DNA of 51,113 nt, taken from Octopus bimaculoides. Its lineage: Eukaryota. The notes under the pieces were generated by a model. The model saw nothing but the letters and a program-made list of their open reading frames with translations. It did no database searches and was not told where the DNA came from. The stretch spans positions 160,786,787 to 160,837,899 of the forward strand of contig NC_068982.1 of NCBI RefSeq assembly GCF_001194135.2. The letters run 5' to 3'. Position numbers and translations under genes: made by a program. Positions 37,502-50,158 of the stretch are shown in pieces (positions within the stretch are counted from its first letter, which is position 1; every line of letters starts with the position of its first letter).

Positions 37502-38000
37502 ATCATCGTCGTCGTCGGCTTTATCTCGAATCCTAGAATTTATTTTCTTATTTGCAGAACGCTTCCTTTGTGGTGATGTCGTTGATGACTCTGTAGATCA
37601 ACTTTTACGTAGAAGAGTCGATAGCATTGTCAGCATGACAATGTTGGTGGAGGACGAGATTGATTTTATCAAACGGTTCTCTCCTGTCGCTTGCTTTCTT
37701 CTTTTCTCTTTAGGTGGCTTCGAAGGTTTTGGTTCCGACGATGATGGAACAGCGCCACGTGGTACGGTCTCGAGCTGGTGTTTCAGACTATTTAGGTTCA
37801 ATTCCAGTGGCTTTCACTGTTGCTTTTAATTGTTCCTTGTATCTTCGATGAGAGCAATCCCGAGTTTTTCTTTTTTTCCTGAAGAGAGCTCACTAAATAA
37901 GACTTGGTGTGGGAACATCGACACCTCTAATCCTGTTACATGTCCTGACCATTGAAGACGGCGTTTTATGTTTAGCGATTTGATACCTTTCCAGGACTCT
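37502..38000 (-). mobile_element. RTE/BovB-like LINE 3' end relic with (GAC/GAT)n tail
   Basis: Minus strand IKRRLQWSGHVTGLEVSMFPHQVLFSELSSGKK, then a frameshift to HRRYKEQLKATVKATGIEPK*SETPARDRTTWRCSIIVGTKTFEAT*REKKKASDRR. This matches the RTE C-terminal RRLRW.GHV…LFGEL..G.R…RYKD.LK…A.DR..WR pattern. The element ends GCCGACGACGACGATGAT. Confidence 0.82.
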
Positions 38001-38318
38001 GTTGTTAGTCACATAGTGTTTTCATTTAATGCTAAAATATATGTGTCTGTGTGTGAGTGCGTTTGTGTGTGTGTATCTGTGTGCATGTGTGAAATAGATC
38101 TGGATTCAAGTGATAGATTGAATTGGTTTTAGTAGTTGAAAATATAGCCACGAAACGTGCGTAGTCATTTTATATCATTTACTAATTATTCATTTCGTAT
38201 TTTATTGATTTTTTCAATAAGGTTTTTGTGATATATTTATTTTCTGGAGGGTATGAATTAAATTCTTCTTTATTGAATTATTTAATAGTGGTTTTTCTCT
38301 AAATTACATATATATATG

Positions 38319-38406
<88 letters not shown>

Positions 38407-39144
38407 CGTGTGTGTGTGTGTGTGTCTGTCTGGTCGTGTCTGTCTGGTCGTGTCTGTTTGTATTTACATATAACAAAATCAACGTATTGTAATCGCCGAT
38501 AGAAGATTGTTTAGAAAAGTAGCCATGTATAAGATATCGAACTTTTAGCTCAGAAATCTTTTATTAATCCAGTTAGTTTGTCTTAAAAACTCTTTTAGAA
38601 TTGTGTTGCAAAATAAGATAAAGATTTTAAATCTTTTCAAGTCTACAACCTTTGTGTGTGAAATTGAATTACCATGTATGAGGAACGGTGGAAACTGATG
38701 ATGAAATATATCCCAAATGTCCTCCGTGTCTGCGTACGACAACACTTAAGCAAGAAGTAATTAGGTCAAGACCACGAATTATACAACTGTGGACATAGCG
38801 ATGATATTCATACGAATTACTATCGTAATTTATCAAAATATTTTAAGTGTTTTTAAGTCCGAGTTGTGATAAAATAAAATCCCTCCTTTATTATGTTTAA
38901 AAGGTACTGCTTCACGCTAGTGAGAATACTGAATACGAGTGAAAACTATGTTTATAGTCCATATATATATATACAACACTTATGTCCAAAGTATATAAAC
39001 TATACAATAAAAAAACATATAGATCAATTCTTAATATATGTAGTATACACACTCACACACACACCAAACACACAAACAAGTGTGTGTGTGTGTGTCTATG
39101 TGTATCTCTGTGTGTAGAAAGATAGATAGGTAGATAGATTGATT

Positions 39145-39200
<56 letters not shown>

Positions 39201-39538
39201 CGCATGTGTGCATGCATGGGTGTATATGTGTGGTAATGACTGTATAAAAGACGACAGTTTAGGCATAAAACATGTTGGCTGAAAGTCAAGAAATGCTAGT
39301 GCAGTTCAGGGACAGACAAAAATATTTTTCCCAACTATAAACAGAACAGGTCTCTTCATATATTCAATCATTGAGTAACCATATAAGCACTGTATTACCT
39401 CGGGAATATAATATATANNNNNNNNNNNNNNNNNNNNNNNNNNNNNNNNNNNNNNNNNNNNNNNNNNNNNNNNNNNNNNNNNNNNNNNNNNNNNNNNNNN
39501 NNNNNNNNNNNNNNNNNNNNNNNTATATATATATATAC

Positions 39539-39593
<55 letters not shown>

Positions 39594-39700
39594 TACACAC
39601 ACATATCCATATATATATAGAGGGATAAAGGAAGAGACAAAACCATGCATACATACTATATATATATGCATATTTATATATATATAGAGAGAGAGAGACG

Positions 39701-39732
<32 letters not shown>

Positions 39733-41510
39733 GAGAGAAAGAAAGAGAGATGACGATGATTATAAACGGCAATGATAAAACAAGAAAGATAATATAATCG
39801 AGAAAAGGAAACACAGCCAGAGAGTAACATTAGAAAGTTTTCTAATAAATATATTTAGAAAGTCAAATATTAAGTAAACAATTAATCAGAGAAGAATTGC
39901 CTCTAAGAGTAAAAAATATAATAATTCATATAGAGACTCACACCATCTTATTTGCACACAGCTTCTAAGCGTATATGTAAAAATGAACATTGAAAGAATG
40001 TACGCCAAGAATGTAAAATGAACACTGATATTATGCACATTCTTAACTCCAATGATTATTCTACAATATTAAAGACTATCAATCAAAACGTCAATAACTC
40101 TAGAAATATGATAGTTCTATTTATCGTTGGAGCACAACTGCCAAGAACTGAACACAATTCGCTAAACCCCAATGGAAAAAAAAATGATCGGTTTTTCAAC
40201 AAGATTCATCTCGATGAATACTGCTTATGAGCAAAATCATAGAGTATTTAATCAAAATCATATAAGAACACACGTATATATATATATATNNNNNNNNNNN
40301 NNNNNNNNNNNNNNNNNNNNNNNNNNNNNNNNNNNNNNNNNNNNNNNNNNNNNNNNNNNNNNNNNNNNNNNNNNNNNNNNNNNNNNNNNNNNNNNNNNNN
40401 NNNNNNNNNNNNNNNNNNNNNNNNNNNNNNNNNNNNNNNNNNNNNNNNNNNNNNNNNNNNNNNNNNNNNNNNNNNNNNNNNNNNNNNNNNNNNNNNNNNN
40501 NNNNNNNNNNNNNNNNNNNNNNNNNNNNNNNNNNNNNNNNNNNNNNNNNNNNNNNNNNNNNNNNNNNNNNNNNNNNNNNNNNNNNNNNNNNNNNNNNNNN
40601 NNNNNNNNNNNNNNNNNNNNNNNNNNNNNNNNNNNNNNNNNNNNNNNNNNNNNNNNNNNNNNNNNNNNNNNNNNNNNNNNNNNNNNNNNNNNNNNNNNNN
40701 NNNNNNNNNNNNNNNNNNNNNNNNNNNNNNNNNNNNNNNNNNNNNNNNNNNNNNNNNNNNNNNNNNNNNNNNNNNNNNNNNNNNNNTATATATATATATA
40801 TATGTATGTATATATCTACACTCTCACACACATATATACATATATATATTTATGCACTTACATATAAATGTCGGTATATGAATAAAAAGAATATGAGGGA
40901 GTGCACGCGTGGGTATGCATGGGTTGAATATGTGATAAATCATCATATTTGACACGTGTGTATACTCAGAAGCCAATCAATGAGAAAGTGTGTATAAAGA
41001 AAAGCAGATGTTGGGGAAAGGTAACCTAGAACTTGCTGGGAAATGCATCTAAAGAGATGGGGTTAGCATCGAGAAGACTTATTGAACAAATGACACATTG
41101 CATCACGTAATGAAATGGAAAGAGGAAACGTCAATTCACAGAATGGTATATTGTCTGTTATTATGATTTTTACCATAAGTCGGCTTCATAATTTATATTT
41201 GATCTTCGATATGATTAAACGAATTTAGAAAAAAAGTTTTCGGAAATATTACGAAAGAAACAGAAAATATTATTTCTGAATTATTGATGAGAATGCATCG
41301 TGACCACATAAAGCTAGAACACATATTATATATATATATATATATATATATAGTCTTTACGTACGTTCGTTTACGGGAAACGTTTTTGAGTACTCACACA
41401 AAAGCTCCTATTCTATTATCCAAGCTACTGCCTAGTTATTCCGACTTACATCGGCAATTTTATTGGATAATACCGAGCTGTATCGATATAATTTTGGATA
41501 AATATAGTAC

Positions 41511-41580
41511 TAATAATAACAATAATGATAATAATAATAATGATAATAATAATGATAATAATAATAATAATAATAATAAT
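41511..41580 (+). repeat. (AAT)n/(GAT) microsatellite; putative Dong target site
   Basis: Abuts the 5' end of R4/Dong copy B. Confidence 0.95.
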
Positions 41581-42769
41581 GTCCTGATTAATGATACGTC
41601 GAGTGATGGTGTCACAATAAAAACACTGGTAATTGCGCAACCTGATAATCGCTACCTCATATGAGTGACAATGAAAAAACAAAATATTGTGAATAACAGT
41701 GGCAATGAAACTGAAGCCATTGATGGTGACAGTGTTGTACCCGGCAGGCTCAGAGATTCTGGTCCGGCTCCAGCCTGTCGATATCCAGAAAGGGACCACC
41801 ACATACGGCGTAGATGAAGCAAGCAAATTAATGCTGTGTTACTACTTGAGCAGCCCGGTAGATGAAAATGGTGCTCAAATTAGGGGTTACCGACAACATA
41901 TGTATGATCATTGGAGGGAACAGGGATAGTTTCAACTCTCAGAACAGATACTATGTGATCAAACTCGAGCAATAAGAAAAATCGTTGATTCAGAGAAGTA
42001 AAGATCGAAGCTATCAAAAGACGGGTCATGGAAAATAGCAGCAGAGATAACGATGAAAATAGACTTCTTAACAATAAGTGTAATCCCATAGCACAGAAAA
42101 GGAGGAGTGGTAGTTTACTTGATGAGTGACATATAGATTATCTAAAAGAAGACAATAAAACTAATGGTGACATGACAGATGAACAAACTTCAATCTACGA
42201 CAGAATAAATGCAAGACCACAGGAGAATGATAACGACATCATTTGCAACCTTAAAAAGGTTGAGCGATGGAAATTGAACCGAAAGAAACGAAAAATGTCA
42301 ATGAAATTCTGAAATACATCAGAACAAACAACATCACAGAAACAAATAATTTGATCAAGGCAGCACGTATTGTTGTAACAGAAAACATGGGAGTTGATGT
42401 CAAGAAAAAGAAATTTAATGGGCGTGGCAAAGAAAATATCCATGGTGGAAAAGAAGAATCCAGGCAGGGTTTGACATGCTCTCGAAGGAAATTTCACAGG
42501 GATGTTGAAGATAAGATAGACAGATAAACAAGATGGCTGTGGATGCCTAAAAGTGATTTAAAACCGGAAACGGAGGCTCTAATCTGTGCTACCCATGAGC
42601 AAGTACGATAAAATACAGAATTGAAAACACATCAGAAAGTGATAAGTGCAGAATCTGTGGACAAAATGGTGTATGGCATATTACCAGCCAATGTACCCCA
42701 CTAGTCCAGAAGGAATATAAGAGACACCACGACAATATAGCAAGGCTTCTCCATTGGACACTTTGTAAA
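41581..42769 (+). mobile_element. R4/Dong-like copy B: extended 5' region fused to zinc-knuckle region, RT absent, 3' end truncated
   Basis: 41584-41980 aligns to 10791-11199. It continues VNEILKYIRTNNITETNNLIKAARIVV..PWWKRRIQ..LSKEISQ, then at ~42500 jumps to DVEDKIDR*TRWLWMPKSDLKPETEALICATHEQ..DKCRICGQNGVWHITSQC..EYKRHHDNIARLLHWTLCK (CCHC knuckle). Confidence 0.88.
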
Positions 42770-42791
42770 CCTACTTTTGGGCCACCTGGTA
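42764..42791 (-). mobile_element. Solitary Tc1/mariner-type terminal inverted repeat
   Basis: Reverse complement TA-CCAGGTGGCCCAAAAGTAGGTTTACA resembles TA-CAGGGTG(G/T)CCCAAAAGT Tc1/mariner termini and abuts a TA run. No partner TIR was found in the window. Confidence 0.5.
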
Positions 42792-42804
42792 TATATATAT
42801 ACAC

Positions 42805-42972
42805 GATGGGTTTCTTTCAGTTTCCATCTACCAAATCCACTCACAAGGCTTTAGTTGGTCTGAGGTTATAGTAGAAGCCATTGGCCCAAAGTGTCATGCA
42901 GTGGGAGACTGAACCCACAACCATGTGGTTGGGAAGCAAGTTTTTTTACCACACATCTACGCCTGCGCCTAT
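42805..42972 (-). mobile_element. SINE family 2, 5' half
   Basis: Minus strand AGGCGCAGGCGTAGATGTGTGGTAAAAAAACTTGCTTCCCAACCACATGGTTGTGGGTTCAGTCTCCCACTG…TGGATTTGGTAGATGGAAACTGAAAGAAACCC. Homologous to 9599-9740. Confidence 0.82.
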
Positions 42973-43811
42973 GTTGATGTTATTTATCTCATCTTAAAGA
43001 TATTTCATATTCAATCTTATTTTTTTCCCTAAAGTATTTAGCTAGTAAAGGCTAGTCAATGTTGTTTCTCCTATATTTTGTTACACTATTACTGATTTTC
43101 AGTCGTTGTACTATGGCCATGCTGTGGCACTGCTGTCGATATTATAAAAATACTTTGATAAGAAAAAGAAACTTTTATATTGTTTACTGGTTTCTCAGAA
43201 TTGAGCCATTTTTAATAATAGATTTACATCTAACAATCATATAAATCGATTGACATAGACCTAATCTAACTATATAGGAAACAGAAAACTAATGGGGTGA
43301 AGATAATTATGAAACATATAGGAGAAAATGTGTTTCTTTATATTTTTGACGACAGGAACAATTTGCGTTCGAAGAGAGAATACAGTATACCTTTGAAATA
43401 TTAACTTGGCTAAAATGTTAATGTTAAGCTTCAATATTATGAGATGACAGAGACAACAGAAAGGAGATTAGCTTTCGATATCCTTTAGGAATATAATGAA
43501 TACAATTTAACTATGAATTGGTTTTTGTTTTTGTTTTTTTTTGTTTTCTTTGAGCACATTTAGTACCAAACATTAAAATTTACTCAGAATTACACTAACA
43601 TCTAACACTTTACGTAACTGATTCCTGACTCATAGAGAATATGTATAACAAGGATGATATACGTAGAAATTCACTGAAATGAAATATGCATATACACACA
43701 AGCGCATGTACTCACGGGCATACACATACACACACGCACATCCTCGCACAAACACTCACAAACATGCGCAAACACACATAGGCACCAACATCTAAATCAA
43801 ATTTCTTCCGC

Positions 43812-43958
43812 CTTTGAGTTCTGAGTTCAAATGCCTCTGAGGTTTTGTTGCCGTTCATCTTTTCAGGATCGATGTAATACGTACCTGTTGAGCACTGGGG
43901 CAGATGTAATTGATTACACCCTCCCTTGTAACCTTTCTGACCATAGGCTAAACTTTTA
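43812..43958 (+). mobile_element. SINE family 1, diverged, 5'-truncated
   Basis: GAGTTCAAATGCC B-box and core TTCATCTTTTCAGGATCGATGTAATACGTACCTGTTGAGCACTGGGG. Confidence 0.7.
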
Positions 43959-43962
43959 GTCC

Positions 43963-44010
<48 letters not shown>

Positions 44011-44099
44011 NNNNNNNNNNNNNNNNNNNNNNNNNNNNNNNNNNNNNNNNNNNNNNNNNNNNNNNNNNNNNNNNNNNNNNNNNNNNNNNNNNNNNNNNN

Positions 44100-44142
<43 letters not shown>

Positions 44143-44861
44143 TATACACACAAATGCAAATATATAGTGTACTTTGTATTATGTATGTCATGGGTTGAAT
44201 TGCTTATTTTATAATATATATTATGAAGATTATATAAGATAGTTTATTAAATCTACTATATATTGTTACTTACTTGCTGTAATTCGCTCATACATTTTAT
44301 TTTATAAATATCTATAAAGATATAGGTTATATACTTGCATGTAATATATTCCTGTTATCGATAATATTCTTTATATTTCTTGTATTTCTATCAGGACTTT
44401 ATTCCGGTTATTTCTATTTATTAATATGTAGTTAGATAAATATATAGAGACGGATAATACATACATACATACATACACACACATACATACACACATCTAT
44501 CTATCCATACATACATACATGCATACGTACATACATAATATTATGTATTATGCAATATTCAATTCATATTATATTTTAAACACTGAATATGTATATTCTT
44601 TTATTACATATTACAGATTTTGAAGATTTCATTGATTTTCTTAATATTAAATTTCATAATCATTTCATGCTATGTACGGGTGTATATATACCTTTATAAA
44701 TGCATGTGTGTTTTTATTTACATTGATGTGTACAAGCATGTTGTTTAGCAACATATAGGAATAAGTTAGTATATGCGAGTATATATATGCATATATGTAT
44801 GTTTGGATACGTATATACGCACACAGTTGCATATATAAATAAATATACATACATATATATG

Positions 44862-45170
44862 TTTTTTTTATGGGTTTCAGCCAAGTGGCTGTGGTCATGC
44901 TGGAGCACCACCGTGATTTTCTGTCTTTATGCTTTGCTCTCTTCACGTTCCTTGCATGGCTCTTCTCCTGCACCTGATATAGTCCAATCAAGAGTTTTCA
45001 TGGCACATCTGGTGTATAAGAGAATTTGACATCGCTGCCCTAAACTGTGTCTCATTTCGAGTCATTGGTTCCTCAGGTATCGTGGAGAGGAAAGCGTCGA
45101 GTTTTGTCTTGAAGACCTCCACATCCATGTCTTGCAGGTCTCTCAAATGTTTTGGCAGGGCATTGAAGTG
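44862..45170 (-). mobile_element. CR1-group LINE 3' end (ORF2 C-terminus, 3' UTR, A-rich tail), running into an assembly gap
   Basis: Uninterrupted minus frame 45170 to 44988: HFNALPKHLRDLQDMDVEVFKTKLDAFLSTIPEEP…RAAMSNSLIHQMCHENS*, matching the CR1-type FN.LP…FK..LD.FL..IPDEP…RAA.SNSL pattern. The 3' UTR ends GGTGCTCCAGCATGACCACAGCCACTTGGCTGAAACCCATAAAAAAA. Confidence 0.85.
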
Positions 45171-45967
45171 NNNNNNNNNNNNNNNNNNNNNNNNNNNNNN
45201 NNNNNNNNNNNNNNNNNNNNNNNNNNNNNNNNNNNNNNNNNNNNNNNNNNNNNNNNNNNNNNNNNNNNNNNNNNNNNNNNNNNNNNNNNNNNNNNNNNNN
45301 NNNNNNNNNNNNNNNNNNNNNNNNNNNNNNNNNNNNNNNNNNNNNNNNNNNNNNNNNNNNNNNNNNNNNNNNNNNNNNNNNNNNNNNNNNNNNNNNNNNN
45401 NNNNNNNNNNNNNNNNNNNNNNNNNNNNNNNNNNNNNNNNNNNNNNNNNNNNNNNNNNNNNNNNNNNNNNNNNNNNNNNNNNNNNNNNNNNNNNNNNNNN
45501 NNNNNNNNNNNNNNNNNNNNNNNNNNNNNNNNNNNNNNNNNNNNNNNNNNNNNNNNNNNNNNNNNNNNNNNNNNNNNNNNNNNNNNNNNNNNNNNNNNNN
45601 NNNNNNNNNNNNNNNNNNNNNNNNNNNNNNNNNNNNNNNNNNNNNNNNNNNNNNNNNNNNNNNNNNNNNNNNNNNNNNNNNNNNNNNNNNNNNNNNNNNN
45701 NNNNNNNNNNNNNNNNNNNNNNNNNNNNNNNNNNNNNNNNNNNNNNNNNNNNNNNNNNNNNNNNNNNNNNNNNNNNNNNNNNNNNNNNNNNNNNNNNNNN
45801 NNNNNNNNNNNNNNNNNNNNNNNNNNNNNNNNNNNNNNNNNNNNNNNNNNNNNNNNNNNNNNNNNNNNNNNNNNNNNNNNNNNNNNNNNNNNNNNNNNNN
45901 NNNNNNNNNNNNNNNNNNNNNNNNNNNNNNNNNNNNNNNNNNNNNNNNNNNNNNNNNNNNNNNNNNN

Positions 45968-46016
<49 letters not shown>

Positions 46017-46133
46017 GTATGTATGTATATATGTATATATATATACATATATAGATATATGTGTGTGCGCGGGCGTGGCTATTTACCTAGATGCACTCAC
46101 ATATAAGAGTATATTTGCAGTAATGTTCGTTAA

Positions 46134-46168
<35 letters not shown>

Positions 46169-46444
46169 GGAAGTGCATGTGTTTATTTTATTATATGAGT
46201 GCGGGCGCTTGAATAATGTGAAACATCTGGTATGCTTTTATTGATATCCATAAATTTTGACTTAATAAATATATAAAAATGAGTTTATGCGCGCGCGTTT
46301 GTGTGTCAGTGTGTTTCTATGTATGTCATATGGATTATGCATACGACAGTTGTGTTTTGGTTTTGGTTTCTTCCTTTTCATGTACTCATTTGAATAAATT
46401 CTATAATATTAGTGAAAGCTGACATTAACTTAGGGGAAGAGAAA

Positions 46445-46530
46445 TAGCAAACACCGTTGACGCTGGATTCGAGCCCTGAACGAAGCGAATGATGTCAAAT
46501 ATTGTAATGCGTTAAACATTTCGCTCTACA
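46445..46530 (-). mobile_element. Possible degraded SINE head
   Basis: Minus strand GAGCGAAATGTTTAACGCATT…AGGGCTCGAATCC resembles the family 1 head plus a B-box-like motif. Confidence 0.3.
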
Positions 46531-47641
46531 GCTGTTATTAACCAACCTCGTGTTCCATGAATATATTCAGAGTTAAATACCTCGGTTGCTGGAGAGAAAA
46601 ATAGGTAAGCTTAGAAAGTGAATAGGAGTTAGAGACAAATAAATGACAAATGGGAAGGAATAAAGTAGAAAGGGATAATTAGGAGCTGAAAGAAATACGA
46701 ATAGTCCACGTGACAAAAGGTGGTGTGATATTCAAGGAAACGGTTTGAGCGTTTGAAGAAAACAGGAAAAGCATGTGGATGCAAGCGGATATCTTGATGG
46801 TGTCAAGGCTACCGATAGCTATGATGATCACTTTGATATTGCTGATGGTGATGATAATGACGAGAATGTAGATAAAAGATAAATGGAATGTGGGAAGGAA
46901 ATATTATCATATACATAACCAAGAATGACAGAAAAAGAATTGGTTGAAAGATAACTTAGTTTACATATATCTTGTGTTTATCCCGATATGTATTCATGGA
47001 AAGAAAATGGGTTTTCTTGAGCATCTGCCTAATTGTGTGGTGGTCTTAGATTTTAAGAGCTAGCATTAACTGAGATATTCTATAGGATTCAGCCAACCAT
47101 TGTTAAGCACACGCTCTATAGATACATATATTCTGGAGAAATAAAGAAAGCTGACTTCTTCATTGTTATTAAATATCGTTTGATGTATTTAGCTAAGAAT
47201 ATTTTCTTTATGTATTTATTCTTATAAAATCATCTCTTTGTGTATATATCCAGCTACACAGAGCTCAAAAACACACTAGCATATTACAACAGAGTATGTA
47301 TTTATATGTGTGCGCAAATTTTATCTTAAACCACGTAGACATCACATTTCTTATGATTACGCAGCCCCACTTCCGTCACCCTCCTTCAAAACAGTGTATT
47401 TTAGTCAATATATTTAGTTTTTCTTTCATATATTTCCTTTTTGTTTCATTCTTTTTTTAATCTAAAACTTCTATAAGAGTATATTAATAGTGCATTACTG
47501 TTATTAGCTCTTTGTATTTCGAAACGTACCAATACTTGGAATCGTAATCTTGCCTTTGCTATTTTACTACTTTACTGCTTCTTATTATGGACAGCCATAA
47601 TTACATCGATGCCAACAAGTCAATAAAAGGCAATAAATAGC

Positions 47642-47673
<32 letters not shown>

Positions 47674-47683
47674 NNNNNNNNNN

Positions 47684-47729
<46 letters not shown>

Positions 47730-50098
47730 AGTGGGTGAGTGAGAGAGAGAGGTAGAGAGAAGAAGAGAGAGTATGACTGAGTGTGAGAAAGAGTAAGAAA
47801 CTGCAACGATAATCACATTTTTTTTTTAAAAACTAATATATATACAATACTCAAATGAAATGATTTCGTTCAAAGTCTAGAATGATGTAAAATTACCAGC
47901 ATGTGTAGGAGGCGAACAATTCTGAAGAAACTATATCAAATATGATGCATAAATAACGCCAGTGTGCTTAAAAAGTCATACTTTTTGAGGTAGGAGATGA
48001 TTGTACAAAATCATTAATGCTTAGGTTTAGAGTTTGTTTTGTTTTGTTTTTAGTTAAATAATAAAATTTGTTTCAAGGCCGAGTAAAATGAAGAATTATA
48101 ACGCACATGACAACTTAGTAGATCAAATCATTGAGAGGGCATCTATATGGTCACTCGATATACACAATATTACAGACAAAATATCCACCAAATTACACGC
48201 CGTTGTCTAAAAACTAGAAACACGCGTTAGTTAAATAATGATGGTCTTGTTACTCAATGTCTAAATAAAACCACCGGCTAAACTGTCTTTGATCATAGAA
48301 TTTCTGGATCGGGTGCCAAATGGTAATAACAAGAAACATTTAGATCAGAACAGACGGAAGAGAAGAAATTTCCTGCTACGTATAATCTTTGTGTAATTTG
48401 TTACTTTTCCGGGTTCATTTCTTAATTATAATTTGCAACTTCCATCAACTTTCACCCAGACAATGGGACCTAGATGATTCAAACAATTTTCTGTTTCCAT
48501 CATGTCTTATATGCTTAAAAATCTTTATCGTTAAACGATCCCTTTTAGTACAATATGTTATTCACTTTTCCAAACATTTTCCCGTTCCGTTACTTGTTAG
48601 TTGTATTCACTTACTACATTGTTGCCCCTGCCCCTTACACAATACAATATTTCTACATCTAAATTCTATATTTGCCAATATACGACAAGTTGTACTTAAC
48701 TATTTATTTTATACAAATATCTATATATAAGTGTGTGTGGATGGGTGGGTGTGTGTATGTATACACAAACATCGCAAACAAACATGGTGAGTGCTCCATC
48801 TTCACAAATAACTGTTGTCTCCTTGTGCTTCCTCGTTGTCAATGGCATTTCTGATTCTCCGTCCATCATTTCTCAGGTGACATTTCGGTCACACTGAAGC
48901 ACAGTTGACAAAGGAGAGTTATAACTTACTGTGCGCTTCCAGCTGCTCAAGTATGCACTTATAGCCACACATACATCACCATAGGGCTTTAAGTAGATGG
49001 AATGACAAATGAGGTCATTTTAAAGAAACATCTGTACGTCACTGGATTATAGTGATAAACGCTTTTACAGCACGAGTACCATTCTCTGAGTCTCCGTGGT
49101 TTGTATCTAGTGATAGACCGAAACCAGATGACCAGTAATCACGTACAACGGTAGATTTTACGTCAGTATCTCTCCCCTAGAAAGATGCAGACTGCAACAG
49201 CTTGGGGGTCACTCACTCTCGGTGGTTTTACCGTACAGTCTAACAGCAACCAAAGCTATAATTGTGTCCCAACACTTAGATGGATTGTCGTCACATATAT
49301 TAGTTAATCAATAACTGGGACCCGGCGCGCTGAGGCCGGAAATAGCTCTGCAGTTAATAAATTTTTGCAGCTAATTTACCGGTTAGAGAACATCGTTATT
49401 TAAAAATTTATATATATATATATTGGCATTTTATCTAATATATATTAAAATAATCCTTGCTGGATAGGTGGTAAGGTTGAAGTGGGGGTTCATGCTTGAA
49501 ATTGCACAATTTAACCTGTTGATTGTGTAAGTAAAGTGAGAATGTATCTTCCCTAATGTTCAAAATATTTTCTGTTGAGGTTATAATATCTAATTTTCTA
49601 CCATAGAAAGATTACACCTGCTGCCCCCTCTCTTACTTTTTCTGATTTTGGTCATGATGATTCGGCTTATTTTGGGCCTGTTTACACTCCTTCCCTGTAT
49701 TTAGGGTTATTTACCATATTAGACAAACATGTTGCTTGTCTTTCATTTTATCTCTAAACGAAGTCAAGTGTTGCATGTATGTTTTTCGAAGGCTTTTCCA
49801 ATCATGCTGATGTAAGATTTTAACGTTCCATCTATGCCAGTGATATTAGACTTGTAAACCATTTACCGGAAATCTACAGTAACAGGACGTTCACAATGCT
49901 ATTGTTCTTGAAGGGATAGAAGATTATTGAGCATATCTTGGCATTTATAGCTAAATTTAAGGGCGTTTTTATTAAAGATCGTGTGATGTTTATGTAAGCG
50001 GAAAAAAGTGGGGGAGGTGGATTACCAAGATTCTTAGGTGTAAAATTACGAATTTTTTCGCATGAGGTTTTTGATATCATTGTTAATCTAGAAATAAA

Positions 50099-50158
<60 letters not shown>

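Noticed and set aside
37461-37829. 122-aa plus-strand ORF and 67-aa minus-strand ORF
   Set aside because: They are explained as antisense or off-frame readings of the RTE LINE relic.
38130-38168. TTGAAAA…CAC-GAAA-CGTGCGT-A hammerhead-like motif
   Set aside because: The CUGANGA box is doubly mutated and stems I and II do not pair. At best it is a very old PLE relic.
49320-49350. GC hairpin CCGGC-N8-GCCGG resembling a Helitron 3' end
   Set aside because: There is no CTRR terminus at the expected distance and no other Helitron features.
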